Virus record (IMG/VR): IMGVR_UViG_3300030098_002293
Coordinates: 1-54,200 of that record
DNA from: a virus
Lineage: Duplodnaviria; Caudoviricetes
Length of the DNA stretch: 54,200 nt
Direction: 5' to 3' (one strand)
Under the pieces are notes generated by a model that did no database searches, was not told the DNA's origin, and saw only the letters and a list, made by a program, of their open reading frames with translations. Below, piece after piece: positions 40,001 to 47,926 of this stretch (position 1 is its first letter; every line of letters begins with the position of its first letter). A program made the position numbers and the translations under genes.

Positions 40001-40096
40001 ATTTAAAGCGTCTCTATATTCTCCATTTGGTACTAATCTCTCATCAAGGTCTTTGTTCATTTTACCTTTTAAGAAATTGTGTTTCATTTCAGGCAT
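31016..40096 (-). CDS. large tail nozzle/stabilisation protein (3026 aa) with C-terminal GC(T/M)D repeat extension
   Basis: N-term F..GKMNKDLDERLVPNGEYRDALNI; LFWTDN..EPKKINI; FATRYKYEDGEYS; YFTD..RG.VLRLS.DGLTPIS; GWVSF; EKEGKWFNYI; then about 17 GCxD repeats. Confidence 0.75.
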   Translation of the reverse strand: MPEMKHNFLKGKMNKDLDERLVPNGEYRDALNIDVSTSEDSNVGTVQNILGNKLINTYPVTASPATFLPSNAVCVGSISDEANDSLYWFATGDKFQELHYLNGEPQILQTVPFYEKDMILKYKDGDITPVFVDINTVFISNESGNTHNSLAVSSIDNIGKGTTVTGYTDNGTGFVEEFTGIVEDFGEIAASNVGWTPNYDTVQVLNPSANPNNPFSAQIKAIPIPGPTGSFGPSSPPTLLIDAPFPGQTLGIGNVVTGSYINVGTEVVNITYPSSYSGQPGTFNSVIEVELNQSAIAVGPHPWNIQVNFTNPGSTVPQQVLNNVLTIPGAQWGNTPTSLGMQVGMFIVGSGIPQNASIHSIDETTSSTESYITIVFPDGSPAPVTNTSGGVLNVYGSGLLEKVILTKSFQQGNTAVSYPQVDYLVFKSNKVLNFHKDRLITGINIIDDMLFWTDNHSEPKKINIERSIRGTDKDGLHHTHLVNDARDIGIIGEAVPVEEQHITVIRKGPTNAPLLDIETERPKEGVTTITDAFLVPSAGIPLLPEQTTNITINPINNAVFEPGDIVLFQSASAISPLPDNWKVKAELESLISSVSNEWSVKILSIKSTIAAGAQQFDVMQDLAHSERLFKLKFPRFATRYKYEDGEYSVFSPFSEVAFVPSEFRYRPHEGFNVGMENTATKITLKNLIPRNIPDDVVQVDILYKESDASNIYLVDSIKPKDPIPSNKNRNYWNETWYGVSGSGITKGKYEITSEMIHATLPENQLLRPWDNVPTKALAQEITANRLVYGNYWQNYDLTREDGTDFKPEFNVSLKTYSSTLNDKKSVKTQREYQVGVSYFDDYGRETPILTDQSGTLKIKKETSNKVNRLAVQLKGQPPAFAKAYKFYVKESSTEYYNLAMDRYYDDESGFEDNMWLSFYSNDRSKLEEGDWIELKKGSFEEHIKEDAKYKVLAIENEAPEFVKRKRIPLNTEVHNATSNDFFIDDNNLPTQNKLHFDVNGALAAGTSIDELYDITKPLTVRFYDSIQTSKTYKVTRVAAINPSLAGGDSQGNDFRISVEFPFGDDVIFMEDTSGATTTIKDDVACEISLDEYRERAEYEGRFFVKVLKDSNLLTHVVDFDLSSNLYTSVSQSLYYFDTLNIDAGDNTKWLRTAWQSGFLHQSDEGNWWDYLDCYRRWSRYFGDVENASPLGWAPSTVNNVADYEGPKWFIDALPFEAYQPSGTDYDGGTDGPNEPHMAWSHPLVGSMAPSTVNMIDIPTDNIFGDPVNGNVSATEIKQNDEYLKHFGGVDHTFTLPPGSHGAITISYIGIPNEMASVKINSFGEANAMRHGLTDHNDNPGWNQAFMVGDMANAFTSSENDIVTKLLTPGQRFKFTSDPNGTIYTKTSHKQYQIYNFVNADNGKVGRWEHGGLEAIEDWSGDAWQWDSGIPGVINEVGFGSQGIVLNDPADQIINPLFAQTRWTCVLFLDKPVGWHPKNDGGADHDTPTTIEFLDIEPNENKEKILNPVIWETEPKPSTDIDLYYEASNVIPITMDLDWNEQVLPLGSTVECIYGGDLDAAFDTNSSSNTFGQELDVILTNIHGGRIMLANANASNNLTLNDNALLKFWNGNEYITVAVEGSQTGQFQGIAIINIDPNFYNGSRTLNWYNCFSFGNGVESNRVRDDFNQVIIDNGPRASTTSILPYEAENRKYGIIYSGLYNSQSGVNDLNQFRSAEKITKDINPTYGSIQKLFTRRTSLVTFCEDRVVRITSDKDKLYNVKFVDHMGNTPETVLGDAQPFIGDFGIGKNPESFASESYRAYFTDKKRGSVLRLSKDGLTPISDSGMNDWFNDNLKLGNTILGSYDDDKLEYNLTIKTDNPETTKTISYSEAVSGWVSFKSFIPENGISLGGDYYTFDKGQLYKHHMPLQYNGVNWVDVDEENAKNYNVFYGVDSYESYVEPIFNGNPSVIKSYKTLSYEGSQSKIDKFTIESGFQDSAGNTFDIGDGEFYNLQDNVKGWYVQNIVTDQQEGSVKEFIEKEGKWFNYIIGKPKNENIIDPEEFSFQGIGIGISSVVGDVVGCMDANAFNFNPMANVACAACCIDTVPGCMDSTASNYNSVANVDDGSCIHTGCTDPTMFNYNPSATVDDGSCVAFIYGCTDPTMSNYDPTANTLDGSCVPFIYGCIDATALNYNSTANTDDGSCVYCVYGCTDSNYAEYNPLATCDNGTCATLISTVTGCMDQTAIDYDPIFTHDCSGVLGGTDYSCCTYCVYGCTDPLATNYDPSATCDDGTCITSIPGCTDPTATNYDPNANVDDGSCVICSNLDMTAVITVINDTNSSPSSGNGQINFVPNQTNQDNPWTLSLNPAHGGFGNWDDYTWVNANSANSPYTITATTANGCTETYSVNVGLDADGCMDPAANNFSAIATNDDGSCTYSGCTDPLSNNGVTTFTHPVDGLTYLATTDDGSCVYTSGCTDPAAANYDPLANQDDGSCLYDGCTDPTASNYDPLANQDDGSCEYWGCTDPNNSAYSSSFTHNCDGTAIGTTLPGWDDCCASCFDSFGNPIPNYSLNTGASQLSTTYSLLNGKLHVNPGSNNSFSWTGVDSQSGTVNIANPTSHVIDNLPPGDYTVVVTNINGCVDSSTWTITEDTYGCTDSTATNYDPNANVDDGSCIYPVNGCTDPNAQNYDPLATVDDGSCISCDGVSLSGLAYVSQHASIYASSNVNMNNVIGSGFTPGGCNGVVGAHCDPEVTVPYLNNGIAGQGYVVKASVPANHPSHPNHPGQDLTPPSAAWLWSAWQSGSSVMPQTFGLSPAFASNGTGASYEENNFFQNDLIVNLKLNNTQSPNFIPACDSRNLSVMVDVYGCMDNTSVDENDKDYITLGQSTGAWNYDSAVNNPQNSASDTTNVCLKCSDHTMSFSSTPVLGNGINADNTCTAGAGSGDGAYNVTFDFGADFNYFNQSVIHLEITGASGNAATSGYNQDHWYNDPIAGPNSVSQTMNYSDTALDCGIYEFTWTWSKEYTDLTGNTNTRTCQKTFTIEIPAG
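31450..33925 (-). repeat. array of about 17 Cys-rich GC(T/M/I)D-x3-NY-x-P-x-A-x2-DDGSC repeats (about 24-27 aa)
   Basis: Counted directly in the translation. It includes a 29-bp exact DNA duplication at 32607-32635 and 32679-32707. Confidence 0.9.
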
Positions 40097-40099
40097 GTA

Positions 40100-40978
40100 C
40101 TAGTGTTTTATATGTTTCGATTTACCTCTTAAGATTTGAGTGATTTCTTCTAGCTTAATATTAGATAGTCTTAATTTAGCTTTTCTAACAGCAGCTATTT
40201 TTTCTTTTCTATATCTGTTAATTATATATTCCTGTACGTTAGAACGTGTAGATAATATAGCAAACATCATCCATTTATACATAGCGTCCTCTGCAAGTTT
40301 ATGAACTTTCATTTCAGCGTCTTCACCTAAACTATCACTTATATATTCTAGTATTACAGTTTTTCCTGAAATATTAGAGCTAAAATGGATTTTTCCTTGT
40401 AATTCATCTATAAAAAATGAACCATTAACTTGTGAAAGCTCAGGGTGTATACCGTATCTTTCTCCTTGTACTAAATCATAAGTACCGTCATCGTATTGAT
40501 CTACATTGTCATTAGGAGAGTTAGTTTTATAATTACTCCATGTGTCTGAGTTATGAGTAGTTGAATCTTGTTCTTGAATTGCGCTTCCATTAAAATCATA
40601 AGTTCCATCTGTATTTTGTTTTATAGCAAATGGATTCATTGTTTTACTAGTTGGATAAATAACATGTTTTATACCAGCAGCATCAGTCCAAGACAGTTTA
40701 ACATAATTAACATAGTCCTGCGGTAATGTCATTATTAACGTATCTGGTATTTCTATTTCTTGTGACTTTACAGACTTAAAAGTATCAAAAGATAATTCCG
40801 CTAAAGCTCTTTGAGCATGAAAAGCAACATCAGTTCTTTTTATATTACCTATTATTTTATCTTCTCCAACATAAAACATCATGAATTGTTGGATAATATC
40901 ATTTAAAGAAACAAATTGATAATCACCATGATTACTACCATTATAATATGCGCTTGCGGTTTCTGTTATTAATCCCAT
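40100..40978 (-). CDS. tail ring / head-tail connector protein
   Basis: Position between capsid and nozzle genes; LPQDYVNYVKLS and LEYISD motifs. Confidence 0.65.
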   Translation of the reverse strand: MGLITETASAYYNGSNHGDYQFVSLNDIIQQFMMFYVGEDKIIGNIKRTDVAFHAQRALAELSFDTFKSVKSQEIEIPDTLIMTLPQDYVNYVKLSWTDAAGIKHVIYPTSKTMNPFAIKQNTDGTYDFNGSAIQEQDSTTHNSDTWSNYKTNSPNDNVDQYDDGTYDLVQGERYGIHPELSQVNGSFFIDELQGKIHFSSNISGKTVILEYISDSLGEDAEMKVHKLAEDAMYKWMMFAILSTRSNVQEYIINRYRKEKIAAVRKAKLRLSNIKLEEITQILRGKSKHIKH

Positions 40979-40982
40979 TTAT

Positions 40983-41690
40983 TTACATTTTTTCTTGTTG
41001 AATTGATTTCTTTTCTTCAGTTGCCGCTATAGTATAAAGTTCTTTATCCATATTTATCCCAGCCAATTGCAATATACTAAATACTAAGTCGCTTTCTTCC
41101 GAAGGATGTAAAGCAAAGTTTACACTAGTATTAGCATTGTATAAGGCTTTATCATTTATAACGACATATCCCCAAATAACTTTTTCTGGTATACGTAAGT
41201 ATCTTACACTAGTAGCTGTTACGGCTTCAGTAGTCCATACTCTTAATATATTATTTCTTATATTACATATAGGCCTTTCATCGCTAGGACCACCTAATCT
41301 TAAATTTCTAGCATCAGTAAAATCTTTAGTATTCAATATTTCGCACTCTTTACCGTTGTACTCTATTCTGTGAGCTCTATATATGTAGTCTGGTAGTTGT
41401 TTATTTATACCACCACTGCCAGCACCAGTATAATTACTAACAGCTGCAGTTCCATCTGTAAAATCAAATACTTGTATTTTTTCTTCTAATATACCTACCA
41501 TATCAGCATATTCAGTATCATTCCCAGGTAATCTTCTAAATTGGTTTAAATCATAGAAGTATTGTTCAAATATATCCATTTGCGCCTGGTTGGCAAATAG
41601 ATTAAATTCTTGAGGAGTTATATATCCTCTTTGTTCTTTGTTAGCTAAAGCTAAAACTCTTTGGTATACTGTATCGACGTTTACTGCCAT
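40983..41690 (-). CDS. tail tubular/adaptor (ring) protein
   Basis: VYQRVLALANKEQRGYITPQEFNLFANQAQ, LPD and F.LHPSEE motifs; synteny. Confidence 0.65.
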   Translation of the reverse strand: MAVNVDTVYQRVLALANKEQRGYITPQEFNLFANQAQMDIFEQYFYDLNQFRRLPGNDTEYADMVGILEEKIQVFDFTDGTAAVSNYTGAGSGGINKQLPDYIYRAHRIEYNGKECEILNTKDFTDARNLRLGGPSDERPICNIRNNILRVWTTEAVTATSVRYLRIPEKVIWGYVVINDKALYNANTSVNFALHPSEESDLVFSILQLAGINMDKELYTIAATEEKKSIQQEKM

Positions 41691-41694
41691 TTAT

Positions 41695-41850
41695 CTATTT
41701 TTTATAAGGAAACTTCTTATTTAAAAATTCTTTTCTTTCTTTACAACCACAATCTTTTCCTGTTACTTTACTTAATTCATCAACTACTTTTTTAATTCCA
41801 GTTGTTTTTGTTATTTTTTCTATCGTATCGCCTAAACCTTTTGATTTCAT
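41695..41850 (-). CDS. small basic protein with CGC motif (51 aa)
   Basis: MKSKGLGDTIEKITKTTGIKK...DCGCKERKEFLN; ATG at 41850. Confidence 0.68.
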   Translation of the reverse strand: MKSKGLGDTIEKITKTTGIKKVVDELSKVTGKDCGCKERKEFLNKKFPYKK

Positions 41851-41870
41851 ATTAATTAAATTTATATAGT

Positions 41871-41894
41871 AAAACAATCGCCCCGTAGGGCGAT
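41871..41894 (-). terminator. rho-independent terminator with cUACGg tetraloop
   Basis: Minus strand ATCGCCC-TACG-GGGCGAT-TGTTTT. Confidence 0.7.
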
Positions 41895-41911
41895 CGCTTA
41901 CTACAGTTTGA

Positions 41912-42754
41912 TTATTGGTTTAATCTTTTTTCTATATTCGCATATATCTCCATACCTTCATCAGTTTTAAACCACTGTGCTAAAGCTGAGTATGGGTGCT
42001 CATCAAATGGAACAGTCATTATCTTTCTATCATTAGATCCCCACATAAAGAATCTTTGATCTTGAGATAATTTCAATATATCCATTTCAGTTGCTTTAAT
42101 ACCAAAGTTTCTAAGTTGTACATTTTCATCATCTGCTAAATCTAAGAATAGCTTAGGGTTTTTCTTAGCAAATATAAGTAAATCACGTTTAAGTTCCTTA
42201 GAACTCATCTCTGATACTTTAGAACCATTTTCTACACGCATAATAGCTTCTGCCATATCAATATCCATATTTCTAGCTGCTAATAAAGCATCAACTTCCA
42301 TTTCTAATCTACCAGTTTGATCAACAGCTTCTTTAACTGGATTATATTCTTCAAAAAGTTTACCTTTTAATGGATGATACAATGATAATAACTTTTGTAA
42401 AACTACTTTATTTTTAGGCACTTCTAATATACCGTGTCTAAAAATAATATGAGCTAATCTTTGGTCACCTTTCATTTCGTCTACAAAACAAGTTTGTTGA
42501 TTAGCTGTGTATTTTAGTTCTCTTTCGTAACCTTTTTCTTCATCAAAATAATAAATATCTGCTGCTTTTATTATGTAAGATAAAGGAGTTTGTCCACCTA
42601 CTAAATAATATGTTCTATCTTTTATTTCCCAAGTTTGATCTGGAGTAGGTAGTGGTGCTTCTTTTATTTTTGGTTGCTTTACAACCGGAGCAGTTTCTAC
42701 AACTGTCTCTTCAATTTGAGGTTCTTCAACCTCTACTTTTTTCTTTTTTGCCAT
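41912..42754 (-). CDS. conserved phage structural-region protein (280 aa)
   Basis: Directly downstream of the capsid gene; acidic/basic N-term tail; helical C-domain. Confidence 0.7.
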   Translation of the reverse strand: MAKKKKVEVEEPQIEETVVETAPVVKQPKIKEAPLPTPDQTWEIKDRTYYLVGGQTPLSYIIKAADIYYFDEEKGYERELKYTANQQTCFVDEMKGDQRLAHIIFRHGILEVPKNKVVLQKLLSLYHPLKGKLFEEYNPVKEAVDQTGRLEMEVDALLAARNMDIDMAEAIMRVENGSKVSEMSSKELKRDLLIFAKKNPKLFLDLADDENVQLRNFGIKATEMDILKLSQDQRFFMWGSNDRKIMTVPFDEHPYSALAQWFKTDEGMEIYANIEKRLNQ

Positions 42755-42778
42755 AATATAATATATAATAAAATTAAT

Positions 42779-42813
42779 AAAATAAAGGGCCGAGGCCGAA
42801 GCCTCGACTCTTT
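42779..42813 (-). terminator. rho-independent terminator after the major capsid gene (cUUCGg tetraloop)
   Basis: Minus strand AAAGAGTCGAGGC-TTCG-GCCTCGGCCCTTTATTTT. Confidence 0.85.
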
Positions 42814-42828
42814 AATATAAATAAATGC

Positions 42829-44271
42829 TTAGTTTAATAACATAAAGTTATTAGCACCTTGAGTAACTAGACATCTTTCAGATAAGTAATTTACCTGCAT
42901 TGCGTCTAAATCAGATGTAACTGCTCCAACAGAACCAGTAATCCAAGTCTTCATTTTTCTAGACTCAGTTTGAGAAGCTCTGTAACGAACGTGTAAGAAA
43001 GGTCTCTTAAGATTCTTTCCTAACATTTCATCATAAACTGAAGATACACCAGCTGGAACAAATACCCCTCGAATCGCATTAACAGTATCTCTACTATTAA
43101 TAGCTCCTCTAGTACCAGCATCATTTAAGTATTTCCAGTCAGATTTATAGAAGTCATAAGAACCTCTTCTGAAACCAGAGAAACCTAAATTAAGCGCCAT
43201 GTCTTCTGAGTTACTGAACACTCCAAAAGAAGTACCACCAGCACCATGAGAATTCATAGAAGCTAACATGTCATCAATAGCTAGCGAAGTGTTTCTATTA
43301 AGGAAAACCATGTTTTCTTCAATAGCACCTTGCTTGTCAAATTCAGCTAAAATTGCATCAAACTCAGCTAAATCAGTAGCAGCGTTAGTACCAGTAATAC
43401 CAGATGATTTATTTCCTCTATTAGCAATAGCGTCAAATAAACCTTGTGTACCTGCTGGATTAGATGCAGTCATACCTATAGATGTTTCTACAGTAGAGTC
43501 ATTTGCTACCATAACACCTTCCAAGCATGTCATCTCTAAATTATCTGCGAAACGCATTCTAGTGTCACCTTCAGCTTTTAAATACCATAAGTAACCACCA
43601 GTTCCGTCTTCTCCAGAAACTTCAACCCAACCAATTTGAGCTGCATCAGATCCTGAAACGTGATACATATCTCTTATAATAACTGGTTTGTTGCTGAAAG
43701 ATTTGAAAGAAGGCTCGTTAGCTGTACTATATGGAGATTCTGAACCTTTTTTCCATTCAGATCCATATTTAAGTACTGTAACCGCACCATCTGCCATACC
43801 TATACCTGCTTCATCTAAATGTCCTTGAACATAAGGAAGACAAGTAACGTCGTTAGTAGAAACAGCCGATACACGACATTTTGCTGTAACTGAAGTAGAT
43901 GCCACTATAACTGTATCACCAACTCTAAGACCATGAGATCCTGATGTGTATGTAGCGTTTGAATCAATATGTCCTGAAACTGTTACTACAGATGTAGAAG
44001 CATCAACAGTACCTGTGTATGCTAAGTGTAATCTACCTTGTTCTGACCAAACTACTTGGTCTGAAGTCATTGGCTCTTCTGCGCCAACTTGAGCTAAGAA
44101 TCCTGAGATAGTTCTTTTACCAAAAACCTCAGCTTCTTTCTCCATTAACTCTGGTAAGTACTGTTGTTCCCAACCTGTACTACCATCAATAAAATCGATG
44201 TAATTTGAACTAAGTGTCGCTTTTTTAGGAGCTGGCACTGTATTCAAACTACCTCCTGCTGTAATTGCCAT
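42829..44271 (-). CDS. major capsid protein
   Basis: 480 aa following portal and scaffold and followed by a strong terminator; WSEQGRLH, GFSGFRRG.YDFYK and YLSERCL. Confidence 0.85.
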   Translation of the reverse strand: MAITAGGSLNTVPAPKKATLSSNYIDFIDGSTGWEQQYLPELMEKEAEVFGKRTISGFLAQVGAEEPMTSDQVVWSEQGRLHLAYTGTVDASTSVVTVSGHIDSNATYTSGSHGLRVGDTVIVASTSVTAKCRVSAVSTNDVTCLPYVQGHLDEAGIGMADGAVTVLKYGSEWKKGSESPYSTANEPSFKSFSNKPVIIRDMYHVSGSDAAQIGWVEVSGEDGTGGYLWYLKAEGDTRMRFADNLEMTCLEGVMVANDSTVETSIGMTASNPAGTQGLFDAIANRGNKSSGITGTNAATDLAEFDAILAEFDKQGAIEENMVFLNRNTSLAIDDMLASMNSHGAGGTSFGVFSNSEDMALNLGFSGFRRGSYDFYKSDWKYLNDAGTRGAINSRDTVNAIRGVFVPAGVSSVYDEMLGKNLKRPFLHVRYRASQTESRKMKTWITGSVGAVTSDLDAMQVNYLSERCLVTQGANNFMLLN

Positions 44272-44291
44272 TTTTTTTAATTTTTAAATTG

Positions 44292-45470
44292 TTATTTAGT
44301 TTTAATTTTAAAAGTCGGAACATTACTATCATCTAACACTTTGAACTTTAAACCTCCACTTTGAACTTCTCCATGAGATTGTCTAGGTGTCATGTCTATA
44401 TTTTTAGCATTGGCTACACTGTTTTTCATAGCATCAGCCCTGCCTTGTTCGTAAAAATGATTAGCGATTGCATCAGCATTCATAGCTGTAAACAAACTTC
44501 TATGGTAACCTTCCGCATCTGACATTTCATTATTTTTATTCAAAAACTTTTTGACAAAATTACTAATATCACTTTGCGTTTCTTTAATATTGTCTACATC
44601 TTTAACATTAAACCTATATTTTTTTTCACCGACATTATATTCAAAACCTTTGAATTTATCATTGAAAAATTTATTAGTTTTTTCTGAAAATGTAGACTTC
44701 TGCTTTTTAACCGCTTCGTCTTGTTTTTTCGACTCTTTTTGATACTTGTTGAAGAAATCAATTGCCTTCTGTTGCTCACTCGTGAGCTTTGAACCATGTT
44801 TGATATCTTCGTAATATTTGGATTTTGCACTTTCCAAGTGTTGCTTTGCTTGAGCAACTTGCTCCTTCAAAGCTAATTTCTTTCTTTTTATATCTCTACT
44901 ATCTTCTGATTCCTCATCATATGAAAAATAATCATCCATCATAAATTCTATTTCTTCAGAATCTAAATGAGGCTTAGTTTGTTTATAGTATTCTTTAAGT
45001 AATTCGTTATTATCTAATTTTGAGTAGTCTTGATTTAATTTAACATAGTCAGTTAAATCTCCACCAGTTTCTTCCATAAATTGCATTAACTTTTGTATAT
45101 TCTCTGGAAGTTCTGTTCCTTTTTCTATAGATTCACTAATAGCTTCCTCAACTATTTCAGCTGTTTCTTCTACTTTTTCTTTTACTTCCTCTTCAGTTAT
45201 TTCTTCTAAAATTGGAATTTCTACTTCTTCTTTAGATTCTTCTATTGGTTTCTCTTCTACAACTTCTTCAACAACCTCCTCTTTAACTTCTTCTTTAACT
45301 TCTTCTTTAACTTCTTGTTTTTGCTTTGATAGATCTATTTTTATAACACTATCATCGTCTTTACTTTCAAATTTACTTAAATCAATATCAGGTTTTTTGT
45401 CTTCTTTAACCTGTTGTTTAGTTTCTTCAGTAGTTTTTTCTACTACCTCTTCTTTCTTTTTTTTTGCCAT
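44292..45470 (-). CDS. capsid scaffolding protein
   Basis: Very Glu-rich N-half and coiled-coil; located between portal and MCP. Confidence 0.75.
   Translation of the reverse strand: MAKKKKEEVVEKTTEETKQQVKEDKKPDIDLSKFESKDDDSVIKIDLSKQKQEVKEEVKEEVKEEVVEEVVEEKPIEESKEEVEIPILEEITEEEVKEKVEETAEIVEEAISESIEKGTELPENIQKLMQFMEETGGDLTDYVKLNQDYSKLDNNELLKEYYKQTKPHLDSEEIEFMMDDYFSYDEESEDSRDIKRKKLALKEQVAQAKQHLESAKSKYYEDIKHGSKLTSEQQKAIDFFNKYQKESKKQDEAVKKQKSTFSEKTNKFFNDKFKGFEYNVGEKKYRFNVKDVDNIKETQSDISNFVKKFLNKNNEMSDAEGYHRSLFTAMNADAIANHFYEQGRADAMKNSVANAKNIDMTPRQSHGEVQSGGLKFKVLDDSNVPTFKIKTK
45280..45315. repeat. 12-bp tandem repeat x3 (EVKE) in the scaffold gene
   Basis: tctttaacttct repeated three times. Confidence 0.75.
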
Positions 45471-45500
45471 AATAAAATATTATATAATTAATAAAATTGT

Positions 45501-47924
45501 TTATCTAGGTCCGAACCCAGACATGTCTATAGGATTACCACCTATTATATCATTACCTGATGATTCAAATTTTTTAGGTGGTTTACCAGTATTTCTTTGA
45601 TCTATAAGTTCAGACTGTTGACTAGCTTGTATTCTAGTTCTTTCGTCTTTACGATCTTCTTTTTGTTTTTCCCTACCTTTAACACCATCAACTTCCATTT
45701 GTCTTAATTGCATATTATATTGAAACTCTTGTTCCATTAACTGAGATTTAACTTGAGCTTCTTGTTGAAGTTTTTGACTTTCCATTTGAGCCTTCATTTG
45801 TTCTAATTGCATTTCAGTTTGAGCTAAAGCTTGTTGCTTTTGCATTTCTAATTGAGCTGCTTGTTGTTGTGCTTGCGCGTTAGCTTCGGCTTGAGCCCGC
45901 ATGTTTTCTTGTTGTATTTGTTGATCTTTAGCTATTTTCTTCTTTCTTCTTATTTTTAATAGTTGATTAGCTAGTTTTATATTTTTAATGTTTCTAAGAT
46001 CGATAGCATCTTCTAGTTCAATATTCTCTTTAGATAAAGCAACTTGTATATTATTTTCAAGCATCGCTTTCTCTTCTTCATCTGGTTGTAATTCTATGAA
46101 TATACCAAAGTCATAAAGATGTAGTTCAGACATTTCCTCTAAAACAGCTGAATTATGAGCGCCTATAGCTTGAATAAAAGCATCTCTAGTTGGTGAATAT
46201 TCTATAATGTCAGATATTCTAAGTGATAAGCATTCAGAAACTGATTTTGTTAAAAATAAACCTCCTTGTAATATATGTCTTGTTGCTGTATTAGAATTTG
46301 CTGCTGCTAGTTTTTGAACTCCAACTAAAGCGTTTGGATCTGGAGTAGCAGCATCTCTAGCCTCGTTTAATCCGGTAGTGTCTCTAATCATTTGTAGGTA
46401 ATAATTATAATTACCTATAAGGGCTTGTATTTTGTTGCCTCCACTTCCACTTGTTATTTCTTGAATAGGCATCTTTGCGTGATTCATGTCACCATCTTGT
46501 GTCATTGATCTACCTATAACACTACCAGTTTGAAAGAACATATTTAGAGCTTCTTGTGGATTGTAATTTGTACCATTACCTAAATCAATTTCAGCAAGTC
46601 CATCTGCGTCAAGATACACACCATCTGGTACCATACGTGACATTACTTGCTGTAATTTTAAATGCGTAAGTTGAATCATATCTGCAAAACCAGTGATACG
46701 TCTTACAAGTGACTCTATTTTACCCTTATACATTCTAGGTGCTATTATAGAATAATTCATCTTGACTTTCGTATAATCACTTTTTGGCCTCATCATGTTT
46801 CTAGCCATTTCCCATTTAAGAAGTTTATTTGTCCCGACTATTAAAGCTCCTTCATATAAACACTCTATACTTCTAAGCATTCTACTATAACCACCTTCTT
46901 TGCTTTCTGGTGGATCAAAACTATCATCTTTTGGTATTATTTTTTCAGCCCCTGTGGAAACTTCTTTTATTTTATAAACTTCATTCATATAAGTTTTATA
47001 ATTAAAATATAAAACCTGTATTTTATTACCATCTATATCTTTTGAACTTATAGATCCGTCGCTATAATTTGTTGTGTGAAAAGTACTAGATTGACGTATC
47101 TCTTCTAAGTCTTCATGTTCTAAGTGGGGAAATTGTTTAACTAATTCGTTTATAGGTATTGTTTTTACTTCACCTACATAATATATATCGTCAAAATAAG
47201 GAGATTCAGTATAAGAATAAACTAAGTCAGCTGGATCAACATAATCTATAGTAACACCTTCAGAAGTTGTAAAATTAGTTTTTACAGCACCTATACCTAA
47301 TACAGTTAGATCATAATAAAAACGTTTCTTTATCAATTCGTAATCGTTACCCTGCATTAATACATTTATAGCTTGTTCCTCAGCTAATTCTACAGCTTGT
47401 TTGTAAGTTAGTTGCATGTGAAGATCTAGTTCTTCTTGCGTTTCTGGTAATGTTGCTTTATCGTTATTATATATATTAATTCCAAAAGATTCATCTACAA
47501 AGTCTTTCATATCTTTTAGAGCCATATCAGCAAATATAGACTCCATGTATTTCGTTCTTTTAGCAACACCAAAAGGATCTTGTGAAACAGCTTTTACATC
47601 CCAAGTTCTTTCAGCTATACCATTTACAACTATGTCAACAAATTTAGGGATTATTGGGACTGGTGTCCAATCAAGATTTAGATAAGACAAATCACCATTT
47701 ATAGATAGCTCATCCTTATATTTTTCAATAGATTGTTCTCCTCTAGCGTATAGTCTTAAGTTATGGAAATTATTTTTATTAACAGTGTATCTATTGTGAT
47801 CTCTATCATTATGTAACCATTCAGTTTCTATAGCTTTAGCTACTTTTAAACCATAATCATAACTTAATTTCTCTACATCACTTACAACTTGACTTGGGAA
47901 ATAATTTTTATCAACTCCAGCCAT
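45501..47924 (-). CDS. portal protein
   Basis: 807 aa between TerL and scaffold; PIIPKFVDIVVNG, TGLNEARD and Gln-rich coiled-coil C-term barrel. Confidence 0.85.
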   Translation of the reverse strand: MAGVDKNYFPSQVVSDVEKLSYDYGLKVAKAIETEWLHNDRDHNRYTVNKNNFHNLRLYARGEQSIEKYKDELSINGDLSYLNLDWTPVPIIPKFVDIVVNGIAERTWDVKAVSQDPFGVAKRTKYMESIFADMALKDMKDFVDESFGINIYNNDKATLPETQEELDLHMQLTYKQAVELAEEQAINVLMQGNDYELIKKRFYYDLTVLGIGAVKTNFTTSEGVTIDYVDPADLVYSYTESPYFDDIYYVGEVKTIPINELVKQFPHLEHEDLEEIRQSSTFHTTNYSDGSISSKDIDGNKIQVLYFNYKTYMNEVYKIKEVSTGAEKIIPKDDSFDPPESKEGGYSRMLRSIECLYEGALIVGTNKLLKWEMARNMMRPKSDYTKVKMNYSIIAPRMYKGKIESLVRRITGFADMIQLTHLKLQQVMSRMVPDGVYLDADGLAEIDLGNGTNYNPQEALNMFFQTGSVIGRSMTQDGDMNHAKMPIQEITSGSGGNKIQALIGNYNYYLQMIRDTTGLNEARDAATPDPNALVGVQKLAAANSNTATRHILQGGLFLTKSVSECLSLRISDIIEYSPTRDAFIQAIGAHNSAVLEEMSELHLYDFGIFIELQPDEEEKAMLENNIQVALSKENIELEDAIDLRNIKNIKLANQLLKIRRKKKIAKDQQIQQENMRAQAEANAQAQQQAAQLEMQKQQALAQTEMQLEQMKAQMESQKLQQEAQVKSQLMEQEFQYNMQLRQMEVDGVKGREKQKEDRKDERTRIQASQQSELIDQRNTGKPPKKFESSGNDIIGGNPIDMSGFGPR

Positions 47925-47926
47925 AT

